DNA of 64,000 nucleotides, taken from assembly GCF_056746865.1 (NCBI RefSeq), contig NZ_CM163382.1. One strand, given 5' to 3'. Numbering within the stretch: position 1 is the first letter of the stretch; every line of letters starts with the position of its first letter. Below, piece after piece: positions 33,683 to 45,896 of this stretch. Made by a program: the position numbers and the translations under genes. The notes under the pieces were generated by a model. That model did no database searches. It had not been told where the DNA came from and was given only the letters and a program-made list of their open reading frames with translations.

Positions 33683-33859
33683 CTTTTCCGGCTTCCCGTT
33701 CGTCAGTACCTCGGGAAGCCGCCAACCAGGATAAAATGTCAGCTCTAATCAGCGTTGCAGGATAAAGCACCGCTCCCTCTTCAACAGAGCGATTTGCACC
33801 CCAGCAAATGTAGCGTTATTGTTACCTTCCTTGCTACAGAGTTCGACAGATATCCCGCT

Positions 33860-35113
33860 ATGACATTCTCCCTTTTTGGTGACAAATTTACCCGCCACTC
33901 CGGCATTACGCTGCTGATGGAAGATCTGAACGACGGTTTACGCACGCCCGGCGCGATTATGCTCGGCGGCGGTAATCCGGCGCAGATCCCGGAAATGCAG
34001 GACTACTTCCAGACGCTACTGACCGACATGCTGGAAAGTGGCAAAGCGACTGATGCACTGTGCAATTACGACGGTCCACAGGGGAAAACGGAGCTACTCA
34101 CACTGCTTGCCGGAATGCTGCGCGAGAAGTTGGGTTGGGATATCGAACCACAGAATATTGCACTAACAAACGGCAGCCAGAGCGCGTTTTTCTACTTATT
34201 TAATCTGTTCGCCGGACGCCGTGCCGATGGTCGGGTCAAAAAAGTGCTGTTTCCGCTGGCACCGGAATACATTGGCTACGCTGACGCCGGACTGGAAGAA
34301 GATCTGTTTGTCTCTGCGCGTCCGAATATTGAACTGCTGCCGGAAGGCCAGTTTAAATACCACGTCGATTTTGAGCATCTGCATATTGGCGAAGAAACCG
34401 GGATGATTTGCGTCTCCCGGCCGACGAATCCAACAGGCAATGTGATTACTGACGAAGAGTTGCTGAAGCTTGACGCGCTGGCGAATCAACATGGCATTCC
34501 GCTGGTGATTGATAACGCTTATGGCGTCCCGTTCCCGGGTATCATCTTCAGCGAAGCGCGCCCGCTGTGGAATCCGAATATCGTACTGTGCATGAGTCTT
34601 TCCAAGCTGGGTCTACCTGGCTCCCGCTGCGGCATTATCATCGCCAATGAAAAAATCATCACCGCCATCACCAATATGAACGGCATTATCAGCCTGGCAC
34701 CTGGCGGTATTGGTCCGGCGATGATGTGTGAAATGATTAAGCGTAACGATCTGCTGCGCCTGTCTGAAACAGTCATCAAACCGTTTTACTACCAGCGTGT
34801 TCAGGAAACTATCGCCATCATTCGCCGCTATTTACCGGAAGATCGCTGCCTGATTCATAAACCGGAAGGAGCCATTTTCCTCTGGCTATGGTTTAAGGAT
34901 TTGCCCATTACGACCGAGCAGCTCTATCAGCGCCTGAAAGCACGCGGCGTGCTGATGGTGCCGGGGCACAACTTCTTCCCAGGGCTGGATAAACCGTGGC
35001 CGCATACGCATCAATGTATGCGCATGAACTACGTACCAGAGCCGGAGAAAATTGAGGCGGGTGTGAAGATTTTGGCAGAAGAGATTGAACGCGCCTGGGC
35101 TGAAAGCCATTAA
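33860..35113 (+). CDS. avtA: Valine--pyruvate aminotransferase, 417 aa
   Basis: Translation MTFSLFGDKFTRHSGITLLMEDLNDGLRTPGAIMLGGGNPAQIPEMQDY...; start at ATG 33860 (ORF track begins 35 codons upstream). Confidence 0.95.
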   Translation: MTFSLFGDKFTRHSGITLLMEDLNDGLRTPGAIMLGGGNPAQIPEMQDYFQTLLTDMLESGKATDALCNYDGPQGKTELLTLLAGMLREKLGWDIEPQNIALTNGSQSAFFYLFNLFAGRRADGRVKKVLFPLAPEYIGYADAGLEEDLFVSARPNIELLPEGQFKYHVDFEHLHIGEETGMICVSRPTNPTGNVITDEELLKLDALANQHGIPLVIDNAYGVPFPGIIFSEARPLWNPNIVLCMSLSKLGLPGSRCGIIIANEKIITAITNMNGIISLAPGGIGPAMMCEMIKRNDLLRLSETVIKPFYYQRVQETIAIIRRYLPEDRCLIHKPEGAIFLWLWFKDLPITTEQLYQRLKARGVLMVPGHNFFPGLDKPWPHTHQCMRMNYVPEPEKIEAGVKILAEEIERAWAESH

Positions 35114-35151
35114 TACGCTATTCCGGCGTTGAGAAACGCCGGAAAAACGTT

Positions 35152-35625
35152 TCAAACAGGCTGCTGCCGTAGCCGATGCCGCTGCACTTTCTCAACATCC
35201 ATGCACTGCAACGCCTTTGTCGGGCAGGCTTCAACACAGGCCGGTCCCGTCGCCCGATGCCAGCACAGATCGCACTTAATCGCCCTCGCCTTTTTGCGCG
35301 AAGAAACGACCTCCATCGTACCAAACGGGCAAGCCAGCATACAGCTTTTACACCCAATGCAACGTGATTGTTCAACGAAAATATGCCCATGTTCGCGGCT
35401 TATCGCGTCAACAGGGCAGACATTCGCGCACGGTGCATCTTCACACTGATGGCAGGCTACAGCCGTGGTCCATGTGTGGTCTTTAATGACACGAATACGG
35501 GAAATAAACTCGTCTGGTGACAACGCAGCGCAATCCTGATTTTCCTGATGCGACACTGCGCAAGCCACTTCACAGGTACGGCAACCGATACATTTCGTCG
35601 CATCTGCAATAATAAACCGGTTCAT
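35152..35625 (-). CDS. ysaA: 4Fe-4S ferredoxin-type protein YsaA (two CxxCxxCxxxCP clusters)
   Basis: Translation MNRFIIADATKCIGCRTCEVACAVSHQENQDC...CIGCKSCMLACPFG. Confidence 0.9.
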   Translation of the reverse strand: MNRFIIADATKCIGCRTCEVACAVSHQENQDCAALSPDEFISRIRVIKDHTWTTAVACHQCEDAPCANVCPVDAISREHGHIFVEQSRCIGCKSCMLACPFGTMEVVSSRKKARAIKCDLCWHRATGPACVEACPTKALQCMDVEKVQRHRLRQQPV

Positions 35626-35726
35626 GATCACTCCTTTGCACTAAAACAGCAGAGTGCCAGAGAGCGCGTCTCTACTGCTTTGATCCAACGAAGGAAATGT
35701 TAAAGTTTTGGCACTTGTCCAAAGCG

Positions 35727-36575
35727 TTATGTGATCGCGCCCTGGTCGTCCCTGACAGTAAATCCCAGTTCATTAGAAATAGCCTGCGCGGTTTCACGCA
35801 GTGGTTTCAGGAGATTTTTCTCCCCCACCTGTTTCAGACGCGATGTCGAAAGAGAAATCGACACGGCGTACGGCACCCGCCCATGAATATCAAACACCGG
35901 AACAGCAATACAAGAGACGCCGAGTTCGTTTTCTTCTCTGTCCATCGCCGCTCCGCTTTCACGAATGTGCGCCAGTTCGTCGAACATCGCGGGCAGCTCG
36001 GTAATGGTATTGCGGGTTAACGGCTGGATCTCATGCTGATGGCTTTCCCAGTATGACTTCACGTAGTCCGGGTGACCAAACGCCATGTAGATCTTGCCCA
36101 TTGCGGAACAGTAGAGCGGCATATGCTGGCCTATATAGGCACGGGTTCGCAGCATCCCGGTTGTGGGTTCCAGCTTATAAATCAAAATAGCGTGATCGTC
36201 TTCGCGGCTCGAGAAGTTAATGGTTTCACCAGTGGCGATGTTCAGTGCCTCAAGATGCGGAGCGGCGATATGAATGATATTCAGCGAAGACAGCGCCTTC
36301 TGCCCGACGGCAATAAATTTGGTAGTCAGGCGGTAACTCCCTGCGGCGGGCGCGGTGGTCACATAGCCGCAGGATTGTAATCCCTGCAATAAGCGATGGA
36401 CGGTACTCTTATTTAAACCAGCCAGCTCCGAAAGATGCGCCAACGGACAACCGTTTGGATAGTTGCTCAAAATCTCAATCAGCATCAACCCGCGAAACAG
36501 ACTCTGGCTTCCGGCTGGACGCTCTTTTTCCTGCGCCATCTCGTTCTCTTTTTTTCCCATCACTTCTTTCCCCAT
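35727..36575 (-). CDS. yiaJ: IclR-family transcriptional repressor YiaJ (PlaR) of the yiaK-sgbE operon
   Basis: Translation MGKEVMGKKENEMAQEKERPAGSQSLFRGLMLIEILSNYPNGCPLAHLSELAGLNKSTVHRLLQGL...; divergent from yiaK. Confidence 0.93.
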   Translation of the reverse strand: MGKEVMGKKENEMAQEKERPAGSQSLFRGLMLIEILSNYPNGCPLAHLSELAGLNKSTVHRLLQGLQSCGYVTTAPAAGSYRLTTKFIAVGQKALSSLNIIHIAAPHLEALNIATGETINFSSREDDHAILIYKLEPTTGMLRTRAYIGQHMPLYCSAMGKIYMAFGHPDYVKSYWESHQHEIQPLTRNTITELPAMFDELAHIRESGAAMDREENELGVSCIAVPVFDIHGRVPYAVSISLSTSRLKQVGEKNLLKPLRETAQAISNELGFTVRDDQGAIT

Positions 36576-36776
36576 TTTGTCGCGTCCTGATGGTAGCGCA
36601 AAGTGTGTCGTAGTTCACGATCTCGACAGATAATTTATAACCACTTGATTTTTAAGTTTTTTGAAATTCATCAATCAGATTGCTTTGTTAAAAAGCGATC
36701 GATATATTTGAAATCAGATTTCGCATATTGAAATTTTATGCCAAAAAAGCGATCAAAAAAAACAAGGAAGCCAAGG

Positions 36777-38253
<1,477 letters not shown>

Positions 38254-38370
38254 ACGGATAAGCGTCCATGACAGAACGCCTGGGTAATGTCATTACTCTA
38301 ACCATATTAATAATTCAGGTTGCTGCACATGCAACTTGAATTATGACAAACATAGCCTCAAGGAATAGCT

Positions 38371-38844
38371 ATGAAAAAAATACTTGAAGCAATACTGGCG
38401 ATTAATCTCGCCGTACTTTCCTGTATTGTGTTTATAAACATTATTTTAAGATATGGTTTTCAAACAAGTATTTTATCTGTAGATGAATTGTCGCGTTATT
38501 TATTTGTCTGGTTAACATTTATTGGCGCGATTGTGGCTTTTATGGATAACGCCCACGTTCAGGTCACCTTTCTGGTGGAGAAACTCTCCCCCGCATGGCA
38601 GCGACGAGTCGCTCTGGTTACCCATTCCTTAATCTTATTTATTTGTGGCGCACTGGCCTGGGGCGCAACGCTAAAAACAATTCAGGACTGGAGCGATTAT
38701 TCACCGATCCTCGGTTTGCCTATCGGCCTGATGTATGCCGCTTGTCTGCCCACCAGCCTCGTTATCGCATTCTTTGAACTGCGTCATTTATATCAACTCA
38801 TCACGCGTAGCAATTCTCTAACGTCGCCACCGCAAGGAGCTTAA
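38371..38844 (+). CDS. yiaM: TRAP transporter small permease (DctQ-like)
   Basis: Translation [47 protein letters not shown]... Confidence 0.93.
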
Positions 38845-38846
38845 TC

Positions 38847-40124
38847 ATGGCTGTGCTGATTTTTCTGGGCTGTCTGTTGGGTGGTATTGCTATCGGTTTG
38901 CCTATTGCCTGGGCACTGTTGTTGTGCGGGGCGGCGTTAATGTTCTGGCTGGAGATGTTTGATGTCCAGATCATGGCACAAACGCTGGTGAACGGAGCCG
39001 ACAGCTTCTCCCTGCTGGCGATTCCGTTCTTTGTGCTGGCGGGTGAAATCATGAATGCGGGCGGCTTGTCAAAACGCATTGTTGACCTGCCGATGAAACT
39101 GGTGGGGCATAAACCAGGCGGGCTGGGCTACGTCGGCGTGCTGGCGGCTATGATTATGGCAAGCCTTTCTGGTTCTGCCGTTGCGGATACCGCCGCCGTT
39201 GCCGCTCTACTGGTGCCGATGATGCGCAGCGCCAACTACCCGGTCAACCGGGCGGCGGGGCTGATTGCCTCTGGCGGCATTATCGCGCCAATTATTCCCC
39301 CTTCCATTCCGTTTATTATTTTCGGCGTTTCCAGCGGATTATCCATCAGTAAGCTGTTTATGGCGGGCATTGCCCCTGGCATGATGATGGGCGCAACGCT
39401 GATGCTTACCTGGTGGTGGCAGGCCAGTCGTCTTAACTTACCCCGCCAGCAAAAAGCGACGATGCAGGAAATCTGGCACTCTTTTGTCTCCGGTATCTGG
39501 GCGCTGTTTCTTCCAGTCATCATTATTGGCGGGTTTCGCTCCGGTCTGTTTACCCCTACCGAAGCCGGGGCCGTTGCTGCTTTCTATGCGCTGTTTGTCG
39601 CCACAGTTATTTACCGTGAAATGACCTTCGCCACACTTTGGCATGTGCTCATTGGCGCAGCGAAAACGACCTCAGTGGTGATGTTTCTGGTGGCCTCGGC
39701 ACAAGTTTCCGCCTGGCTGATCACCATTGCTGAACTGCCGATGATGGTTTCTGATTTACTGCAACCGCTGGTCGATTCACCGCGTCTGCTGTTTATCGTC
39801 ATTATGGTGGCTATCCTGATTGTCGGCATGGTCATGGATTTAACGCCGACGGTATTAATTCTTACCCCGGTATTAATGCCTTTAGTTAAAGAGGCAGGAA
39901 TCGATCCGATTTATTTCGGTGTCATGTTTATCATTAACTGCTCAATCGGCTTAATTACACCGCCTATCGGTAATGTGCTTAACGTTATTTCAGGGGTGGC
40001 AAAACTCAAATTCGATGATGCAGTCAGAGGCGTTTTCCCTTACGTCCTGGTTTTATATTCATTATTAGTCGTATTTGTTTTTATTCCCGATCTCATCATC
40101 CTCCCTTTGAAATGGATTAATTAA
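38847..40124 (+). CDS. yiaN: TRAP transporter large permease (DctM-like)
   Basis: Translation MAVLIFLGCLLGGIAIGLPIAWALLLCGAALMFWLEMFDVQIMAQ...; 425 aa. Confidence 0.95.
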   Translation: MAVLIFLGCLLGGIAIGLPIAWALLLCGAALMFWLEMFDVQIMAQTLVNGADSFSLLAIPFFVLAGEIMNAGGLSKRIVDLPMKLVGHKPGGLGYVGVLAAMIMASLSGSAVADTAAVAALLVPMMRSANYPVNRAAGLIASGGIIAPIIPPSIPFIIFGVSSGLSISKLFMAGIAPGMMMGATLMLTWWWQASRLNLPRQQKATMQEIWHSFVSGIWALFLPVIIIGGFRSGLFTPTEAGAVAAFYALFVATVIYREMTFATLWHVLIGAAKTTSVVMFLVASAQVSAWLITIAELPMMVSDLLQPLVDSPRLLFIVIMVAILIVGMVMDLTPTVLILTPVLMPLVKEAGIDPIYFGVMFIINCSIGLITPPIGNVLNVISGVAKLKFDDAVRGVFPYVLVLYSLLVVFVFIPDLIILPLKWIN

Positions 40125-40136
40125 AAGGAAAATATT

Positions 40137-41123
40137 ATGAAATTACGCTCTGTAACCTACGCATTATTAATTGCCGGAGTGGCGGCGTTCAGCACATCTT
40201 CTCTGGCGGCACAATCTTTACGTTTCGGTTATGAAACATCACAAACCGACTCGCAACATATTGCGGCGAAAAAATTCAATGAATTATTACAGGAAAAAAC
40301 CAAAGGCGAACTGAAATTAAAATTGTTTCCGGATAGCACCCTCGGTAATGCGCAGGCGATGATCAGCGGCGTGCGTGGCGGCACCATCGATATGGAAATG
40401 TCCGGCTCGAATAACTTTGCCGGGTTATCACCAGTGATGAACTTGCTTGATGTCCCTTTCCTGTTCCGCGATACCGCCCACGCGCATAAAACGCTCGACG
40501 GCAAAGTCGGTGATGACCTGAAAGTCTCCCTTGAAGGTAAAGGTCTGAAAGTGCTCGCTTACTGGGAAAACGGCTGGCGCGATGTCACCAACTCGCGCGC
40601 ACCGGTTAAAACCCCCGCCGACCTGAAAGGGCTGAAAATTCGCACCAACAATAGCCCGATGAATATCGCCGCATTCAAAGTCTTTGGCGCTAACCCGATT
40701 CCGATGCCGTTTGCCGAAGTCTATACCGGGCTGGAAACCCGCACTATCGACGCTCAGGAACACCCTATCAACGTCGTCTGGTCAGCAAAATTTTTCGAAG
40801 TACAGAAGTACCTTTCTCTGACGCACCACGCCTATTCGCCACTTCTGGTGGTGATCAACAAAGCGAAGTTTGATGGCTTAAGCCCGGAGTTCCAGCAGGC
40901 GCTAGTTTCATCTGCACAAGAAGCGGGTAACTATCAGCGCAAACTGGTTGCCGAAGATCAGCAAAAAATCATCGACGGTATGAAAGATGCGGGCGTGGAA
41001 GTCATCACCGATCTCGACCGCAAAGCCTTTAGCGACGCGCTGGGTACTCAGGTCCGCGACATGTTTGTAAAAGATGTTCCGCAGGGCGCTGACCTGCTGA
41101 AAGCCGTGGATGAGGTGCAATAA
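40137..41123 (+). CDS. yiaO: TRAP transporter periplasmic solute-binding protein (2,3-diketo-L-gulonate binding)
   Basis: Translation MKLRSVTYALLIAGVAAFSTSSLAAQSLRFGYETSQTDSQHIAAKKF...; DctP family. Confidence 0.95.
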   Translation: MKLRSVTYALLIAGVAAFSTSSLAAQSLRFGYETSQTDSQHIAAKKFNELLQEKTKGELKLKLFPDSTLGNAQAMISGVRGGTIDMEMSGSNNFAGLSPVMNLLDVPFLFRDTAHAHKTLDGKVGDDLKVSLEGKGLKVLAYWENGWRDVTNSRAPVKTPADLKGLKIRTNNSPMNIAAFKVFGANPIPMPFAEVYTGLETRTIDAQEHPINVVWSAKFFEVQKYLSLTHHAYSPLLVVINKAKFDGLSPEFQQALVSSAQEAGNYQRKLVAEDQQKIIDGMKDAGVEVITDLDRKAFSDALGTQVRDMFVKDVPQGADLLKAVDEVQ

Positions 41124-41126
41124 ACC

Positions 41127-42623
41127 ATGACGCAATACTGGCTGGGGTTAGATTGTGGCGGTAGCTGGCTGAAAGCCGGGCTGTATGACCGCGAAGGCCG
41201 GGAGGCAGGCGTGCAGCGCCTGCCGCTGTGCGCATTAAGCCCGCAGCCAGGTTGGGCAGAGCGCGATATGGCAGAACTGTGGCAATGCTGCATGGCTGTC
41301 ATTCGCGCCCTGCTTACTCATACTGGCGTTAGCGGGGAACAAATAGTGGGTATCGGTATCTCCGCACAGGGAAAGGGGTTGTTTTTACTGGATAAAAACG
41401 ACAAGCCGCTCGGGAATGCTATTTTGTCCTCGGATCGCCGGGCGATGGAAATCGTTCGTCGCTGGCAGGAAGATGGCATCCCGGAAAAACTCTACCCGCT
41501 GACGCGACAAACCTTGTGGACCGGGCATCCGGTGTCGCTGTTACGCTGGCTGAAAGAGCACGAACCGGAACGCTACGCGCAAATTGGCTGCGTGATGATG
41601 ACGCACGACTACCTGCGCTGGTGTTTAACCGGCGTCAAAGGCTGTGAAGAGAGCAATATTTCCGAGTCCAATCTCTACAACATGAGTCTTGGGGAATATG
41701 ACCCGTGCCTCACCGACTGGCTTGGGATCGCTGAAATCAACCACGCCCTGCCGCCTGTTGTCGGATCTGCCGAAATCTGCGGGGAGATCACCGCTCAGAC
41801 AGCCGCACTGACCGGTCTGAAAGCGGGTACGCCCGTTGTCGGCGGCCTGTTTGATGTGGTTTCCACCGCACTCTGTGCCGGGATCGAAGACGAATTTACC
41901 CTTAATGCGGTGATGGGCACCTGGGCGGTGACCAGCGGCATAACCCGTGGTTTACGTGACGGTGAAGCGCATCCGTATGTCTATGGTCGCTACGTTAACG
42001 ATGGTCAATTTATCGTTCACGAAGCCAGCCCTACCTCTTCCGGCAACCTCGAATGGTTTACCGCACAGTGGGGAGAAATCTCGTTTGATGAGATTAACCA
42101 GGCCGTTGCCAGCTTGCCGAAGGCCGGGGGCGATCTCTTTTTCCTGCCGTTCCTGTACGGCAGCAACGCCGGACTCGAGATGACTAGCGGTTTCTACGGG
42201 ATGCAGGCCATTCACACCCGCGCACACCTGTTGCAGGCCATTTATGAAGGCGTAGTGTTCAGCCATATGACCCATCTCAACCGGATGCGCGAACGTTTTA
42301 CTGATGTGCACACCCTGCGCGTCACTGGCGGCCCGGCGCACTCCGATGTCTGGATGCAAATGCTGGCGGACGTCAGCGGGCTGCGTATCGAACTGCCGCA
42401 GGTGGAAGAAACCGGCTGTTTTGGCGCGGCGCTTGCCGCCCGCGTCGGCACCGGGGTTTATCACAACTTCAGCGAAGCCCAGCGCGATCAACAGCACCCG
42501 GTGCGCACACTGCTGCCGGATATGACCGCCCATCAGCTTTACCAACAAAAATACCAACGCTATCAGCATCTCATTGCCGCACTTCAGGGCTTTCACGCCC
42601 GCATCAAGGAGCACACATTATGA
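41127..42623 (+). CDS. lyxK: L-xylulose / 3-keto-L-gulonate kinase
   Basis: Translation MTQYWLGLDCGGSWLKAGLYDREGREAGVQRLPL...; FGGY kinase; 498 aa. Confidence 0.95.
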   Translation: MTQYWLGLDCGGSWLKAGLYDREGREAGVQRLPLCALSPQPGWAERDMAELWQCCMAVIRALLTHTGVSGEQIVGIGISAQGKGLFLLDKNDKPLGNAILSSDRRAMEIVRRWQEDGIPEKLYPLTRQTLWTGHPVSLLRWLKEHEPERYAQIGCVMMTHDYLRWCLTGVKGCEESNISESNLYNMSLGEYDPCLTDWLGIAEINHALPPVVGSAEICGEITAQTAALTGLKAGTPVVGGLFDVVSTALCAGIEDEFTLNAVMGTWAVTSGITRGLRDGEAHPYVYGRYVNDGQFIVHEASPTSSGNLEWFTAQWGEISFDEINQAVASLPKAGGDLFFLPFLYGSNAGLEMTSGFYGMQAIHTRAHLLQAIYEGVVFSHMTHLNRMRERFTDVHTLRVTGGPAHSDVWMQMLADVSGLRIELPQVEETGCFGAALAARVGTGVYHNFSEAQRDQQHPVRTLLPDMTAHQLYQQKYQRYQHLIAALQGFHARIKEHTL

Positions 42624-43282
42624 GCCGACCACTTCTGCAACTGGCCCTCGACCACTCATCACTTGAAGACGCACAGCGCGACGTGACGCTGTTAAAAGAC
42701 AGCGTCGATATCGTCGAAGCGGGCACCATTCTCTGTTTAAACGAAGGGCTTGGCGCGGTGAAAGCCTTGCGCGAACAGTGCCCGGACAAAATCATCGTCG
42801 CTGACTGGAAGGTCGCCGATGCCGGTGAAACGCTCGCGCAACAGGCATTTGGCGCAGGCGCTAACTGGATGACCATCATCTGCGCCGCGCCGCTCGCGAC
42901 GGTGGAAAAAGGCCACGCCATGGCGCAACGCTGCGGTGGTGAAATTCAGATAGAACTGTTCGGCAACTGGACGCTGGACGACGCCCGCGACTGGCATCGT
43001 ATTGGCGTGCGGCAGGCCATTTATCATCGCGGTCGTGACGCGCAAGCCAGCGGGCAACAGTGGTGCGAAGCCGATCTGGCACGTATGAAGGCGCTTTCCG
43101 ATATCGGCCTTGAGCTTTCCATTACCGGCGGGATTACCCCTGCTGACCTGCCGCTGTTTAAAGATATCCGCGTGAAAGCGTTTATTGCCGGGCGGGCGCT
43201 GGCAGGCGCAGCAAATCCGGCGCAGGTGGCTGGCGATTTCCATGCGCAAATCGACGCTATCTGGGGAGGCGCGCGTGCGTAA
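42620..43282 (+). CDS. sgbH: 3-keto-L-gulonate-6-phosphate decarboxylase
   Basis: Translation [51 protein letters not shown]...; overlaps lyxK stop by 4 bp. Confidence 0.95.
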   Translation: MSRPLLQLALDHSSLEDAQRDVTLLKDSVDIVEAGTILCLNEGLGAVKALREQCPDKIIVADWKVADAGETLAQQAFGAGANWMTIICAAPLATVEKGHAMAQRCGGEIQIELFGNWTLDDARDWHRIGVRQAIYHRGRDAQASGQQWCEADLARMKALSDIGLELSITGGITPADLPLFKDIRVKAFIAGRALAGAANPAQVAGDFHAQIDAIWGGARA

Positions 43283-44135
43283 TCATCCGTTAGGTATTTA
43301 TGAAAAAGCGCTGGCGAAAGATCTCTCCTGGCCTGAGCGGCTGGTGCTGGCGAAAAGCTGCAGTTTTGATTTTGTCGAAATGTCGGTGGATGAAACCGAC
43401 GAACGTTTGTCACGCCTTGACTGGAACGCCGCACAACGTGCTTCGCTGGTCACTGCGATGATCGAAACGGGTGTTGCCATTCCGTCGATGTGCCTGTCCG
43501 CACATCGTCGCTTTCCCTTTGGCAGCCGGGACAAGGCGGTGCGCGAACGGGCGCGGGAAATCATGAGTAAAGCGATTCGCCTGGCGCGCGATCTCGGCAT
43601 TCGCACCATTCAACTGGCGGGTTATGACGTCTATTACGAAGACCACGACGAAGGCACCCAGCAACGTTTTGCTGAAGGGCTGGCGTGGGCGGTCGAACAG
43701 GCGGCGGCATCACAAGTAATGCTGGCGGTGGAGATTATGGATACCGCGTTTATGAACTCCATCAGCAAATGGAAAAAGTGGGACGAGATGCTCGCCTCGC
43801 CGTGGTTCACCGTCTACCCGGACGTCGGCAACCTCAGCGCCTGGGGCAATGATGTTCCCGCCGAACTGAAACTGGGCATTGACCGTATTGCCGCAATCCA
43901 TCTGAAAGACACCCTGCCAGTCACCGGGCAAAATCCCGGACAGTTCCGTGATGTGCCGTTTGGCGAAGGCTGCGTCGATTTCGTTGGCATCTTCAAAACG
44001 CTGCATGAACTGAACTATCGCGGTTCTTTCCTGATTGAGATGTGGACCGAAAAAGCCAAAGAGCCGGTGCTGGAGATTATTCAGGCGCGGCGCTGGATTG
44101 AAGCGCGTATGCAGGAGGCTGGATTTATATGTTAG
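43275..44135 (+). CDS. sgbU: L-xylulose-5-phosphate 3-epimerase, 286 aa
   Basis: Translation (V/M)[44 protein letters not shown]...; inferred GTG start at 43275 inside sgbH 3' end (ORF track starts 30 codons earlier). Confidence 0.9.
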   Translation: MRNHPLGIYEKALAKDLSWPERLVLAKSCSFDFVEMSVDETDERLSRLDWNAAQRASLVTAMIETGVAIPSMCLSAHRRFPFGSRDKAVRERAREIMSKAIRLARDLGIRTIQLAGYDVYYEDHDEGTQQRFAEGLAWAVEQAAASQVMLAVEIMDTAFMNSISKWKKWDEMLASPWFTVYPDVGNLSAWGNDVPAELKLGIDRIAAIHLKDTLPVTGQNPGQFRDVPFGEGCVDFVGIFKTLHELNYRGSFLIEMWTEKAKEPVLEIIQARRWIEARMQEAGFIC

Positions 44136-44824
44136 AGCAACTGAAAGCCGACGTGCTGGCGGCGAATCTGGCGCTTCCCGCTCACCATCTGGTGACGTTC
44201 ACCTGGGGCAATGTCAGCGCGGTAGACGAAACGCGGCAATGGATGGTAATCAAACCTTCCGGCGTCGAGTACGACGTGATGACCGCCGACGATATGGTGG
44301 TGGTTGAGATAGCCAGCGGTAAGGGGGTGGAAGGCAGCAAAAAGCCCTCGTCCGACACGCCAACGCATCTGGCGCTCTACCGTCGCTATGCCGAAATCGG
44401 TGGCATTGTGCATACCCACTCGCGCCACGCGACCATCTGGTCACAGGCCGGGCTGGATCTCCCCGCCTGGGGCACCACGCACGCCGATTACTTCTATGGA
44501 GCCATCCCCTGCACGCGCCTGATGACCGCAGAAGAGATCAACGGCGAGTATGAATACCAGACTGGCGAAGTGATCATTGAAACCCTCGAAGAACGCGGCA
44601 GGAGTCCAGCGCAAATCCCGGCGGTTCTGGTACATTCTCACGGCCCGTTCGCCTGGGGAAAAAATGCCGCCGATGCAGTGCATAACGCCGTGGTGCTGGA
44701 AGAGTGTGCCTATATGGGCCTGTTCTCGCGTCAGCTTGCGCCGCAGCTCCCTGCGATGCAAAACGAACTGTTAGATAAGCACTACCTGCGTAAGCATGGG
44801 GCCAATGCCTATTACGGGCAGTAA
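44129..44824 (+). CDS. sgbE: L-ribulose-5-phosphate 4-epimerase
   Basis: Translation [49 protein letters not shown]...; class II aldolase fold; 231 aa. Confidence 0.95.
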   Translation: MLEQLKADVLAANLALPAHHLVTFTWGNVSAVDETRQWMVIKPSGVEYDVMTADDMVVVEIASGKGVEGSKKPSSDTPTHLALYRRYAEIGGIVHTHSRHATIWSQAGLDLPAWGTTHADYFYGAIPCTRLMTAEEINGEYEYQTGEVIIETLEERGRSPAQIPAVLVHSHGPFAWGKNAADAVHNAVVLEECAYMGLFSRQLAPQLPAMQNELLDKHYLRKHGANAYYGQ

Positions 44825-44832
44825 TCCCTCAC

Positions 44833-44854
44833 GCCGGGGCTTCATTGCCCCGGC
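44833..44854. terminator. Bidirectional hairpin terminator between convergent sgbE and the AraC-family regulator
   Basis: gccggggcttcattgccccggc perfect 8-bp stem. Confidence 0.65.
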
Positions 44855-44855
44855 A

Positions 44856-45671
44856 CTACGAATTGATATGTTCCTTGCTGTAACGTCGCTTCCACGCAGC
44901 TGGCGTTAAACCGGTGTGTTTGCGAAAAATCTGTCGGAAATAGCCAACGTCATTAAACCCGCACAACGCAGCCACTTCAGTGAGCGATCGCGCTTCGCTA
45001 ATTAACAGCTTTTCGGCTTCGCGCACTCGCTGGCGATGAATTGCTTCTGTTAACGTCAGATGAAACACCCGCCGGTAGACGCGCCCAAGATAATCGGCAT
45101 TGCAGTACAGCTCGCGGGCTAAAAGCGCCGTGGAAAGCGGGCGATGATATTGCGTGCGGATCAGTTTCTGCGCTTTCCAGGCAAGCGTGGTACCTGCGGC
45201 ATCGGCCTGTTCATCAAGACGCGCGTCACGGGTGAGTTGCTGCAAAATCAGCAGCACAATAAACTCCAGCGCCGGAGTGCGTTGATGCTTTTCCTGTTCG
45301 CTTAAGAACTGGCGAAACAGGGCCACCAGCGCCTGCCGATCGGCAACCTTTGTTTGTTGCGGCACGCTAAGATGAGTGAGCCAGCGCGGGTCGCTATCCG
45401 GCGCTTTAACCTCAAAATGCAGCCAGTAAAATTTGAGATCGGCGGGAAAATCCTCTACCCCAACATGCTGTCGGTTCGGCCAGAGTAATAAACTCTCTCC
45501 CGCATCGACCAGAAATATCCGCTCTTCTTCCTGAATCGCTAATCGACCTTTTTCGACAAAGATAATTTCCCATGACTCCAGCCGCCTTGCCGGATGCCTC
45601 CCTACGCCACGGGAAATAAATAATCCACCATTTTGCACTTTAATCGGTAACGTCATGGATAATTCGAGCAT
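44856..45671 (-). CDS. AraC-family transcriptional regulator (N-terminal cupin-type sugar-binding domain, C-terminal HTH); accessory cassette
   Basis: Translation ...FLVDAGESLLLWPNRQHVGVEDFPADLKFYWLHF...LTEVAALCGFNDVGYFRQIFRKHTGLTPAAWKRR; alternative start at 45656. Confidence 0.85.
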   Translation of the reverse strand: MLELSMTLPIKVQNGGLFISRGVGRHPARRLESWEIIFVEKGRLAIQEEERIFLVDAGESLLLWPNRQHVGVEDFPADLKFYWLHFEVKAPDSDPRWLTHLSVPQQTKVADRQALVALFRQFLSEQEKHQRTPALEFIVLLILQQLTRDARLDEQADAAGTTLAWKAQKLIRTQYHRPLSTALLARELYCNADYLGRVYRRVFHLTLTEAIHRQRVREAEKLLISEARSLTEVAALCGFNDVGYFRQIFRKHTGLTPAAWKRRYSKEHINS

Positions 45672-45896
45672 TGATATGTAATTTCCCGCTTATTCATTAA
45701 TGATTAAACACATTACCTTTTGATTATTAATCAAAAACATTAATTTCACCTGATCCAATTCACACTTTTAAATTCAGGTCGGAATCGTCACCTTTTTTTA
45801 CTCTTTTCTCGCCTTGTTGATATTCCCGTTCACGGCAGAATTAATCAGGTCATTGCAATAAAACTAAAAATTGCTCCCTATTCACGAGGAATATCT
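45672..45896. promoter_or_regulatory. AT-rich divergent promoter region of AraC-family regulator and GPH transporter operon, with near-palindromic ttgattattaatcaa elements
   Basis: Read directly; markedly lower GC than flanking core genes. Confidence 0.5.
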
